From Armatimonadota bacterium (GTDB lineage Bacteria; Armatimonadota; UBA5829; JAUSEB01), in NCBI GenBank assembly GCA_030649165.1, contig JAUSGG010000162.1, positions 3 to 64,002 of the forward strand: 64,000 nucleotides of DNA. Reading direction: 5' to 3'. The stretch's first letter is position 1. Every line of letters begins with the position of its first letter. A program made the position numbers and the translations under genes. The notes under the pieces are model-generated. The model made no database searches. It had not been told where the DNA came from and was given only the letters and a program-made list of their open reading frames with translations. Shown one piece after another: positions 48,458-57,720 of the stretch.

Positions 48458-50941
48458 CTACCTGCCCGCCACCCCGTTCAGTTCCCTCCAAATCCGCTTC
48501 GGCGCGCCAGAGTCGTTCCTATCCAGGGCCGCCACCGCGAACTTCTTCGTCCCCGCTTTCTGGTGGTAGAACTCGAAGTACGCGGACTCGGGCCGCCGCC
48601 ACATGACGACATCCCCGCTGTTCCAGTCGCCCCATGAAATAGTGTACAGGCCTATAAGGTCCCGGTTGTCTTTCTTTCCCGCAAGCGCCCAGCCGCAGTC
48701 GGGCGGCCCCCCAAATGTCTCATCGCCCCGGTAGACTATAGGTGTTTCATGGGTGTCGCGCACGAGAACATCGGGCTGGAAATCAGGATAAACGTTGATG
48801 CTCCAGGAAGGCAGGTGGGCCTTGTCGCACTCCTCCTCGATCACCACAAATGGCCGCCCCGCGAACGCGCGCACCCTGATCTTCAGGTGGCCACCGTCGT
48901 TGTAGGTGTACGCCAGCAGGTACTCCCTTTCCTTGTCCGAGGTTTTCGTCCTCTCGCACACGAATGACGTGACGCTCATCTTCTTCGGGTTATGAGTGAG
49001 AAGCGTCCCGCCTCCCCGCCACTTGCCGTCCACGCCCATTATGCGCCTTATCGGTGTCTGTGGCTCATTTCCCCAGCCGATCTCCACCTTGATCTTCCCG
49101 GTGTCGATTATGAGGCCGCTCTCTCCCGCGGGCGTCTCGGTCACCACCCCGGAAGCCTTGATCTTGGGAGACGTCGATCTCAATTCCGCCTTGCTCCCTT
49201 TGTACTTCTTGAAAAGCGTCACGAGTTCGTCGGGTCGAACTATCACATATTCAGGCGGCAGCTTGTCCACCGCCATCTTCAGAACGGTCGGTCCAAAGTC
49301 CCAACCGATAGTCCATGCATGGATGAACCCCGGCCTTCCTTCCACTTTCACGTCGGTGATTTGTTTGGTCAATATCTCCGATCTGCGTTTGTAATCGTCG
49401 TTTATGGAACGGCTGCGGGTAGCCCCTGAAACTCCGCCGGTGAGCGAGTGCATAACAGGCACTCCCTCCAGCAGGTAATTCGCCTTCTCATAGGTCATCC
49501 CCGATCTCATGCCATAGCCTTCCAAAGCTCCCTGGAGCCCCGGGATGTTCTTCATGAAAGTCCGAAGGCTTCCCGGAGGTCCCCACGGGTTGACCATCGT
49601 CCATCCCAAACGCTTCATGTACCGCGATGTGAGCTTGCCGTACTCCGCCACGAGCTCTTCCTGGTCTTCGGGGTACACCGACGCAAAGTCCTGCAGGCTC
49701 GTAAGCCCCATCCCCGTCAGAGCGGCCATGAAATAGTCGTTTTCCGTAGCCGTGGTCATAAGCCGCGCCAACGTGGTCGGCGCCAGTTCGGAGAGAAGCG
49801 GCCCTATAGGCCAACCGATAGGCAGCTTCCCTCTCAATGGATCGCACCACCATATCCGGTTCGGATCGTCTGTTTCGAAGCCGAGTCGGTGCCAGGCAGG
49901 ACCACCGCCGATCACGTGCTCCAGGTTATCGTGCTCCGAGTTGGTGAACGCTACGTAGATCTTCTCCGGTCCCAGATCGCGCACAGGGAGAGGCTTCTGC
50001 TTCAGAACCTTCTCCGGAACCCGCACCCCCGAGAGAAGGCTGACATTTGGGGTTCCGCCGAACGGCACATAGATGTCCGCATACGACGCGACGAAGCAGA
50101 CGAGAACCGGCTCCATGTACATAGAGCCGCCGCACGCCCCGAAAACCGGGGTGTTGAAAGGCACACTCTCCAGGATCTTCCCCGCCAACTCCAACTCGCC
50201 AGGCTGCGGTTCGCTTCCGATGAACCAGACGAACATCTTGAATTCGACCGGATAGTCGGTCGAGAAGCCAGTATACGAGGGAGCCGGCGCCTCGAAACGG
50301 AAGGTCCCCATCTCGTTCTCGCCGTGCGTAAAGTCGTAGTGCATGAGAGCGAACTTGGTGCATCTGGGGAGGAGATTCTCGTAAGCCCACTGAAACGCTT
50401 CCATCCGGTTTTTCCACCGGCCGCGCAAGTCGTGAACAACCTTCCACCCGAATTTGGCGGAGAGCTTCTCCGCAAGTTCAGGATTAACCGGCAGCAGGTC
50501 TTCCAGCCCGGCGTACATCACCGCGATGTTGGCGCATCCCTCGGTCGAGTCGTAGATAACCAGCCCCTTCGCATGGTCCTTGAACTTCTCGAATATCCTG
50601 TAGGGATCACTCTCGACCTTGTCCATCCAGACCTTGCCGCTGTGATACTCCATCCAGTTCATGACCTTGTCCACGCCGATGTAGATCCTCGGCTGTTCCC
50701 GGTTGACTATGCCCTGCAAAGACGCGAGCGCCATCCTCAGGCTCTCATCGTCCGGCCAGACTCGCAATAACGTCAATTCACCCACAGGCTCTTTCGATCT
50801 GGGGGCCACCGACGTATACGGCTTTTCGGCGGCCAATGCCCGGCGCCTGGCAACGATATCCGGCGAACCGGCAGCGATGGTAGTCCGCGGCAGCAGAAGC
50901 ACGGCCGCCATTATCAACATGAAACCAATGCGAGTCAACAT
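48458..50941 (-). CDS. Secreted GxGYxYP-domain putative glycoside hydrolase, paralog 2
   Basis: LQGIVNREQPRIY, VVHDLRGRW, RGKLPIGW, LAPTTL and ENDYF; signal peptide; GGAGG RBS. Confidence 0.75.
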   Translation of the reverse strand: MLTRIGFMLIMAAVLLLPRTTIAAGSPDIVARRRALAAEKPYTSVAPRSKEPVGELTLLRVWPDDESLRMALASLQGIVNREQPRIYIGVDKVMNWMEYHSGKVWMDKVESDPYRIFEKFKDHAKGLVIYDSTEGCANIAVMYAGLEDLLPVNPELAEKLSAKFGWKVVHDLRGRWKNRMEAFQWAYENLLPRCTKFALMHYDFTHGENEMGTFRFEAPAPSYTGFSTDYPVEFKMFVWFIGSEPQPGELELAGKILESVPFNTPVFGACGGSMYMEPVLVCFVASYADIYVPFGGTPNVSLLSGVRVPEKVLKQKPLPVRDLGPEKIYVAFTNSEHDNLEHVIGGGPAWHRLGFETDDPNRIWWCDPLRGKLPIGWPIGPLLSELAPTTLARLMTTATENDYFMAALTGMGLTSLQDFASVYPEDQEELVAEYGKLTSRYMKRLGWTMVNPWGPPGSLRTFMKNIPGLQGALEGYGMRSGMTYEKANYLLEGVPVMHSLTGGVSGATRSRSINDDYKRRSEILTKQITDVKVEGRPGFIHAWTIGWDFGPTVLKMAVDKLPPEYVIVRPDELVTLFKKYKGSKAELRSTSPKIKASGVVTETPAGESGLIIDTGKIKVEIGWGNEPQTPIRRIMGVDGKWRGGGTLLTHNPKKMSVTSFVCERTKTSDKEREYLLAYTYNDGGHLKIRVRAFAGRPFVVIEEECDKAHLPSWSINVYPDFQPDVLVRDTHETPIVYRGDETFGGPPDCGWALAGKKDNRDLIGLYTISWGDWNSGDVVMWRRPESAYFEFYHQKAGTKKFAVAALDRNDSGAPKRIWRELNGVAGR

Positions 50942-51005
50942 TACTCCTCCATCAATGCGCCAGGTCCTCGTGGAACCTGATGCTTGCTGTGAAACAGTTC
51001 AGTCT

Positions 51006-51246
51006 TCCTATCCTGCGGGAACGGCCTTGTACAGCTCAAGTCATCGAAGACTATCGAAGTGAGTTTCCGGTGTTTCGGGATTTGAGGGTTGGGCATCACA
51101 CCTATCAGAGTCACAAGCCAACTCCGCATGCCAACCCGGAAATCCCGAAACAAGGTCACTGTCCTCCAGCGACCCAGTATGCTCCTATCCTGCGGGAACG
51201 GCCTTGTACAGCTCAAGTCATCGAAAACTATCGAAGTGAGTTCCCG
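51006..51246. repeat. 64-bp direct repeat (51006-51069 and 51183-51246) flanking an 82-nt hairpin element
   Basis: The two copies differ at 2 positions; hairpin at 51071-51152. Confidence 0.85.
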
Positions 51247-51253
51247 CAGCGTC

Positions 51254-53731
51254 CTACTTGCCGCCCACTGCATTCAGTTCCTTCCAAATCCGCTCCGGAG
51301 CGCCCGCGTCATTTGCGTCCAACGCCGCCACCGCGAACCTCTTGATTCCGGCCCTTGTGTGGTCGGCCTCAAACCAGGCTGTGGCCTCGCCACACAAGAA
51401 CCTGATCTCTCCACTGTTCCAGTCGCCCCACGAGAGTGTGAAGAGGCCGATCAGGTCCCGGCTCCCCTTACTGCGCGCCACCGCCCAACTGTGGTTCGGC
51501 AGCGACCCCAGGCCCTCGAGCCCTTTGTAGGTCAGAGGTTTCGTGGCTGAATTGCATATCAGCACATCCGGTTGGAAGTCAGGGTAAAGCTCCAGGGTCC
51601 ATGCCGGCAGGTCGGCTCTGTCGGACGTCTCCTCGTAAATCACAAAAGGCCGGCCCGCGATTGCCCGGACCTTGATCTTGATGTGGCCGCCCTTATCATA
51701 CGCGTAAGTCAGCAAATACTCCTTCTCCTTGTCGGTGGCTGTTATTCTCTCACACGAGAACGACGTAACCTCGGCGCTGCCCCCAGGCAGTTTCCCGACT
51801 CCCCGCCACTTGCCGTCCACTCCCATGATCCGTCTGATCGGTGGCTGAGGCTGCTTTCCCCAGCCTATCTCCATCTTCACCTTCCCCGTATCTACCACGA
51901 GGCCGTCGTCGCCCGCGGGCGTCTCGGTGACGACTCCCGAAGCCTTGACCCTGGGAGAAGTCGATCTCAGTTCCCTGCTCCCCCTGTATTTCTTGAACAG
52001 CGCCGCGAGTTCGTCGGGCCGCACTACCGCGTATTCGGAAGGCAGCATGTCCGCCGCCATCTTCAGAATAGTCGGCCCGAAGTCCCAGCCGACAGTCCAA
52101 GCGTGTATGAACGCCGGCCTCTCTCCCGCATTCACCTCGATTATCTGCTTGGCGAGCGCTTCCGCCTTCCGCTGGTAATCTTCGGCAAGAGGACGACTGC
52201 GGTCAGTTCCCGTAAGCCCGCCGGTGCGCGAGTGGAAAATCGGGACTCCCTCAAGAAGATAGCTGGCCTTTTCCGGAGTCATCCCGGGTCGTCTCCCGTA
52301 GCCTTCCAGGGCTCCCTCAAGGCCAGGGGTGTTCTTTACGAAGGTTCGAAGGCTCCCCGGACCTCCCATCGGGTTGACCATGGTCCATCCCAGACGCTTC
52401 AGATACCGCGACGTGAGTTGGCCGTACCCTGCCATGATCTCCTCCTGGTCCTCGGGGTATACCGTCGCAAAGTCCGGCAGACTTGTGAGCCCCATCCCCG
52501 ACAGGGCGGCCATGAAGTAGTCGTTTTCGGTAGCCGTGGTCATAAGCTGCGCCAACGTGGTCGGAGCCAGCTCGGAAAGCAGAGGGCCCATAGCCCAGCC
52601 AATCGGTACCCTGCCCCGCCACGGATCGCACCACCATATCCTGTAAGGATCATCCGTCTCAAATCCAAGCCGATGCCAGGGCGGGCCACCGGCGATTACG
52701 TGCTCCAGGTTATCGTGCTCCGAGTTCACAAAGGCAAGATAGATCTTATCAGGCCCCAGGTCGCGCACGGGCAGCGGTTTCTGCTTTAGAAGCTTCTCGG
52801 GGACCCGCACCCCCGACAGAACGCTGACATTTGCGGCCCCGCCGAACGGTACTAGCACGTCGGCATACTTTGCGATAAAGCAGACGAAAGGCGGCTCGGC
52901 TAACATGGAGCCGCCGCCGCAGCGCCCGAATACGGGCGTATAGAAGGGGAAACTCTCCAGTATCTTCCCCGCCAGTTCCAGTTCGCCCGGGACCGGGTCC
53001 TTTCCGATATGCCAAACAAACATCCTGAACTCTACCGCATAGTCGGTGGACATTCCCGTTTTATTGGCGGCCCACCCCTCAAAATCGAAGTGATCCGTCT
53101 TTACGGGGCGAGAGCCGAAATGCTTGTGCATAAGGGCAAACTTGTTGCATCTGGGGAGGAGGTTCTCGAACGCCCACTGGTGCGCCTCCAACCGGTCCTT
53201 CCAGCGACCGCGCAAGTCGTGAACCACCTTCCACCCGTACTTGGCCGAGAACTCCTCGGCCAGTTCCGCGGTGACCGGTATCAGGTCCTCCAACCCGGCA
53301 TAAGTGACTGCGACGTTCGCGACCCCTGGAACGGCCAGGTCATAGACCACCATGCCCTTCACGTAGCTCTTGTACTCTTCGAATATCTTGTAGGGGTCGT
53401 CCTCGACTTCTATCCAAACTTTTCCGCTGTAATACTCCATCCAGCTCATGGTCTTGTCGATGCCGATGTATATCCTCGGCTGCTCGCGGTTCACTATGCC
53501 CTGCAGAGCGCCGATCGCAAGCCTGAAGTTCAGATCGTCCGGCCATATTTTCAGCACAGTCAACTTGCCTGTGGGCTCCTTTGACCTCGGAGCCATCGAC
53601 GCGTAGGGCTTCTCGGCGGCCAGCGCCCGGCGTTTGGCCACGATGTCCGATGGACTGGCGGCGGAAACCATCTGCGGCAGCAGCAGCGCCACGGCAACAA
53701 CCAGCAGCAAACCGATGCGAGTTACCATCAC
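51254..53731 (-). CDS. Secreted GxGYxYP-domain putative glycoside hydrolase, paralog 1
   Basis: Same motifs as 48458-50941 and collinear with it over the full length. Confidence 0.75.
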   Translation of the reverse strand: MMVTRIGLLLVVAVALLLPQMVSAASPSDIVAKRRALAAEKPYASMAPRSKEPTGKLTVLKIWPDDLNFRLAIGALQGIVNREQPRIYIGIDKTMSWMEYYSGKVWIEVEDDPYKIFEEYKSYVKGMVVYDLAVPGVANVAVTYAGLEDLIPVTAELAEEFSAKYGWKVVHDLRGRWKDRLEAHQWAFENLLPRCNKFALMHKHFGSRPVKTDHFDFEGWAANKTGMSTDYAVEFRMFVWHIGKDPVPGELELAGKILESFPFYTPVFGRCGGGSMLAEPPFVCFIAKYADVLVPFGGAANVSVLSGVRVPEKLLKQKPLPVRDLGPDKIYLAFVNSEHDNLEHVIAGGPPWHRLGFETDDPYRIWWCDPWRGRVPIGWAMGPLLSELAPTTLAQLMTTATENDYFMAALSGMGLTSLPDFATVYPEDQEEIMAGYGQLTSRYLKRLGWTMVNPMGGPGSLRTFVKNTPGLEGALEGYGRRPGMTPEKASYLLEGVPIFHSRTGGLTGTDRSRPLAEDYQRKAEALAKQIIEVNAGERPAFIHAWTVGWDFGPTILKMAADMLPSEYAVVRPDELAALFKKYRGSRELRSTSPRVKASGVVTETPAGDDGLVVDTGKVKMEIGWGKQPQPPIRRIMGVDGKWRGVGKLPGGSAEVTSFSCERITATDKEKEYLLTYAYDKGGHIKIKVRAIAGRPFVIYEETSDRADLPAWTLELYPDFQPDVLICNSATKPLTYKGLEGLGSLPNHSWAVARSKGSRDLIGLFTLSWGDWNSGEIRFLCGEATAWFEADHTRAGIKRFAVAALDANDAGAPERIWKELNAVGGK

Positions 53732-53881
53732 TCTTCCTCCATCCTGTGCTCACCTTACCACAAGCGAAACCGCGTATCAAGCTCATACCTCGGCGCTCGC
53801 GCTCAGTCCTCAAGTCCTATCCGTCTGATTCGTCTGATCCGTCCTATTCCCCCACTGTTGTATAATGGCTCTGGTGAACCA

Positions 53882-55780
53882 ATGACAAACGAGCAATCTG
53901 ACAAGCACATCATAGTAGGCACGGCGGGGCACGTCGATCATGGCAAGACTACGCTGATCAAGGCCCTGACCGGGACCGATACCGACCGTCTAAAGGAAGA
54001 GAAGCAGCGGGGAATGACCATCGACCTCGGCTTCGCCTCCTTCACGCTTCCGAGCGGCAGGACGGTGGGCATAATCGATGTCCCCGGTCACGAGCGGTTC
54101 CTCAAGAACATGTTGGCCGGCGCGAGCGGCGTCGATCTGGTCCTCCTGGTCATTGCGGCGGATGAAGGCGTTATGCCCCAAACCATCGAGCACCTCGAAA
54201 TCCTGCAACTCCTCGAAACGAAGAAGGGTATCGTCGCTCTGACCAAGTGTGACATGGCGGACGACGAGTGGATCGAGGTCGTGGAGGACGATATCCGCGG
54301 CCGGCTGGCGGGCACGTTCCTGGAAGACGCGCCCATAGTCCGGGTTTCGGGGGTGACCTCCGCCGGATTGCCGGAGCTGACGGCGGCAATCGAAGCCCTG
54401 TGCGATGAAGTGGAGCAGCGCGGCGCCTCCGGTCCTTTCCGGCTGCCGGTGGACAGGGTGTTTACGCTGACGGGATTCGGGACCGTTGTCACCGGCACAT
54501 TGCTCTCCGGCACGATCAGGCTCGGCGATTCGGGCCAGATACTCCCCGCCGGGTTGCAGACGCGAATTCGGCAACTGCAAGTCCACGGGCGTAAAGTGGA
54601 CGAAGCCGCCGCGGGGACGCGCGTCGCCGCCAATCTGGTCGGTGTGGAGACCTCGGACGTCCGGCGCGGGGACGTGCTGGCGCAGCCCGGCTTTCTGAAG
54701 CCGACCGCCTTGCTCGACGCGACCGTTCGCTTGCTCGCAGACGCGCCCGGCCCGCTGCGAAACCGTCAGCGCGTCAGGCTGCACATCGGCTCGGCGGAGC
54801 TGCTCGGGCGGATGACCATTCTGGATCAGGACGAGATCAAGCCGGGACAGGAAGCCTTCGTCCAGTTCAGGTCCGAGGATCCCCTGGTTGCGGCACGAGC
54901 GGACAGGTTCGTCATCAGGTCCTATTCCCCGATGCGGGTAATCGGCGGCGGGACCGTTCTGGAGCCAAACGCTGTCCGTCACAGGAGGTTCGACTCAAAG
55001 GTCTTGGATGCTCTGAACGCAAAGCGGCAGGGCAGCCCGCGCGAGCTTGTGGAACAGGCCCTGCTGAGTGGGGCTATGACGATGTCGGATATCGCAAGGT
55101 CCGCTGCGATACCGGACAGCGCCGCCGGCTCCGCCGCGGAAGAGCTTGCGCGCGACGGTAGAGTCATCAAGCTCGACACCGGAAGACTGATGCACGTGGT
55201 CACGTACTCCACCCTTGCCGAGCGTATCGAAACTGCCCTTTCCCAATTCCACGGCGCGAACCCGCTGAGGGCGGGGCAGAACAAGGAGGAGCTGCGGACG
55301 ACCGCGGCCCGAGGGCTCGACCAGAAGACCTTCAACGCGCTCCTTTCCGCCCTGCAGGCGGAGGGGCGGATCGCTGTCTCCGAGAACCTCGCCAGGATTT
55401 CGACGCACGAGATCACGCTCTCGCCCGAACAACAGCGAGCGGTGAGCGAGGTGGAGTCGGTCTACCGACAGGCCGGGCTCGGCCCGCCGTCCCTGGAGGA
55501 GATCATCGCAAAGATTCCCGCCGCACGGGAGATGATCGATCTCCTCATCTCACAAGGCAAACTGGCGAAAATCGACGAGGGGCTGTACTTCCATGCCGAA
55601 GCCATCGCCGCGGCCCAGGAGCTGATCCGCAACGAGATCACGAAGAACGGCCCGCTGACGGTGTCGGCGTTTCGCGACCTGACGGGTTCCAGCCGCAAAT
55701 ACGTAGTCCCATTGCTGGAGTACTTCGACAGCAAACGCCTGACCCGAAGGGTAGGCGATCAGAGAGTGCTGGTGAAGTAG
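53882..55780 (+). CDS. selB: Selenocysteine-specific translation elongation factor
   Basis: [32 protein letters not shown] and TKCD; C-terminal winged helix [13 protein letters not shown]...RRVGDQR. Confidence 0.96.
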   Translation: MTNEQSDKHIIVGTAGHVDHGKTTLIKALTGTDTDRLKEEKQRGMTIDLGFASFTLPSGRTVGIIDVPGHERFLKNMLAGASGVDLVLLVIAADEGVMPQTIEHLEILQLLETKKGIVALTKCDMADDEWIEVVEDDIRGRLAGTFLEDAPIVRVSGVTSAGLPELTAAIEALCDEVEQRGASGPFRLPVDRVFTLTGFGTVVTGTLLSGTIRLGDSGQILPAGLQTRIRQLQVHGRKVDEAAAGTRVAANLVGVETSDVRRGDVLAQPGFLKPTALLDATVRLLADAPGPLRNRQRVRLHIGSAELLGRMTILDQDEIKPGQEAFVQFRSEDPLVAARADRFVIRSYSPMRVIGGGTVLEPNAVRHRRFDSKVLDALNAKRQGSPRELVEQALLSGAMTMSDIARSAAIPDSAAGSAAEELARDGRVIKLDTGRLMHVVTYSTLAERIETALSQFHGANPLRAGQNKEELRTTAARGLDQKTFNALLSALQAEGRIAVSENLARISTHEITLSPEQQRAVSEVESVYRQAGLGPPSLEEIIAKIPAAREMIDLLISQGKLAKIDEGLYFHAEAIAAAQELIRNEITKNGPLTVSAFRDLTGSSRKYVVPLLEYFDSKRLTRRVGDQRVLVK

Positions 55781-55937
55781 GGAATGCGCTCCCCCTCTCC
55801 TTTTAGGGGAGGGCTGGGGTGGGGTTCTGTCCGAAGCTAACCACGAACCACTTGATGGCCCAAGACATCCATGTCCTGGGCCCAATTCTCCGGACATCCT
55901 GTCCGTCCCATCTGTGTCCATCTGTGTTTATCCGTGG

Positions 55938-56579
55938 TTAAGAAGTCCTACGCCGCCGTCGCAACGCCAATCCTGCCAGACCGCTCAGCAGCATCGCGCA
56001 CGAACCCGGCTCGGGAACCGACGGCGCGTCGGTCGTGATGTTGTCCATCAGCCAATAGCCGCCCTGGTCGTGTAGGACCACGTAAGAGATGTCGGTGTGG
56101 CTTACTGTCAGATACGCAAGCCCCGTTCCGCCGAGGCTCTTCGTGTTCGCGGCTCCGGTTGTAGAGATAAGCAGGCCGTCGGAGGAGTCGTACGCTTCCA
56201 GAACAAACTGGTATTCGCTCGAATAGCCGACCGTGAACCAGCTCGCCGTGCCGAATTCGAAGCTGACCTTCGCCCTATCCGACAGGTTGGAGACATATCC
56301 CGCCACGTCTCCGGAGAGGAAGTACTCCCCGTTCTCGTAAGTCTTGCCGTTGTCGGAGGTGACGCTGTACCAGCCGGAATTGATGTCGGCGAACTGGACG
56401 TTCCCGCCGCCTACCACGCTGAAGATAAGCCCCGAGGTGGCGCCTATCGCCTCAGCGTTATGGCCGAGGCCGGATTCGAAGTTGTAGCTGATATCGGCGA
56501 AAGCGGAAGATGCTCCCAAAACGCAGAACAGGAGGCCGGCAAGCAGAAGCAAGCTAAATCGCGGCGCAATCTTCTTCAT
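55938..56579 (-). CDS. PEP-CTERM sorting domain protein
   Basis: Signal peptide; C-terminal VPEPGS, TM helix and RRRRR. Confidence 0.9.
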   Translation of the reverse strand: MKKIAPRFSLLLLAGLLFCVLGASSAFADISYNFESGLGHNAEAIGATSGLIFSVVGGGNVQFADINSGWYSVTSDNGKTYENGEYFLSGDVAGYVSNLSDRAKVSFEFGTASWFTVGYSSEYQFVLEAYDSSDGLLISTTGAANTKSLGGTGLAYLTVSHTDISYVVLHDQGGYWLMDNITTDAPSVPEPGSCAMLLSGLAGLALRRRRRTS

Positions 56580-56875
56580 CCTTTCCCCCTCCGATAGCGG
56601 GTCTCACGCCCACCTTTGAGCTATTAATAGCACATTTTTTGGATTATTGCAATATCTGAATGTGTAACTGCCAAAGTCTCCACTCGTCGCGTTTCGGGAT
56701 TGGTCGGTGGCGTTGTGGCGGATCGGATATCGGCAAAGAGGGTCCGACAATGCATTTGCCGGACCAACGGGTTCGGGAAAAGCGGCCACCCGAAATCACC
56801 CTTGGGTGGCAAGACTAGCAGGACACAGCGCAGACGGCGCAGAAGTGTACACCAAACATGGCGGGGGAGGACGAG

Positions 56876-57718
56876 ATGACGGGTCTAGCCGAGTGGCTGC
56901 GAGAGCAAGAAGAAGTCTACAGGCCGTTCTTCAGGTCATCGTCTTGGCCGGGCGTAAGGCAGCACATCATCGGGCTGCTTCTGGTGCACGGGGCTACCTG
57001 TCGCGGCAATCTAAAGGGGGCTACGCGCTTCGTCGAAAGCCTGATCGGCATGTACAGGATTCACAGGAATACCGCTTTTGAACTGCCCGTGGAGGGCTGG
57101 ATGAAAATCCGACGAGCGCAGCGTGTGGCGCTTGTCGAGATGCTCAATGTGGACATTGCCGACGCCGATCACATCCCGGAACCCGAACACGCGCTGCCGG
57201 ATGACCTCCTTGTTGCCACCCTCAAGGGGCTTCTGACCGCAGCGCCGGAGCTGGACAGCCTTGTTGCGTCGGAGGCCATCGCCAATTGGCTGGGCGAAAA
57301 AGAGAACGCCATCCAGATGCGCTTCGAAGTGGAGGAACTCTCCGGTTTGCAGATCATACTCAAAGAGGGCGACCACGGACTGTCCGCGGTTCAGGCCTTT
57401 TGGGCCCTTGTGGAAGCCTATGAACGTTTGGACAAGACTATGGCCGCTGAAACCGGCAGCAAGTTCGGCGCACAACTCACCTTCACAGACGACTACGTTA
57501 TTCCCACCGGAATACCATCTGATCGTCCGAACCACATTATTTCGCACCACATCCGCGTCGCGCAGGAATCCGACGAAGGGGTTTACTACGCCAAGGCGCG
57601 GCTGTACCTGGCGTGTCTCGACTGGTACGGACAAAAAACCCGACAACCGCAACCACTGGGTTCAGTCGCAGCCGCGGTCAGCAAGGAATGCCCGGCTCGC
57701 TCGGCGCTGGGAGCATAA
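56876..57718 (+). CDS. Hypothetical protein coupled to the Type IIG RM gene
   Basis: GGGAGG RBS before ATG 56876 (56858 is the alternative); the stop is 2 nt before GTG 57721. Confidence 0.65.
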   Translation: MTGLAEWLREQEEVYRPFFRSSSWPGVRQHIIGLLLVHGATCRGNLKGATRFVESLIGMYRIHRNTAFELPVEGWMKIRRAQRVALVEMLNVDIADADHIPEPEHALPDDLLVATLKGLLTAAPELDSLVASEAIANWLGEKENAIQMRFEVEELSGLQIILKEGDHGLSAVQAFWALVEAYERLDKTMAAETGSKFGAQLTFTDDYVIPTGIPSDRPNHIISHHIRVAQESDEGVYYAKARLYLACLDWYGQKTRQPQPLGSVAAAVSKECPARSALGA

Positions 57719-57720
57719 GC

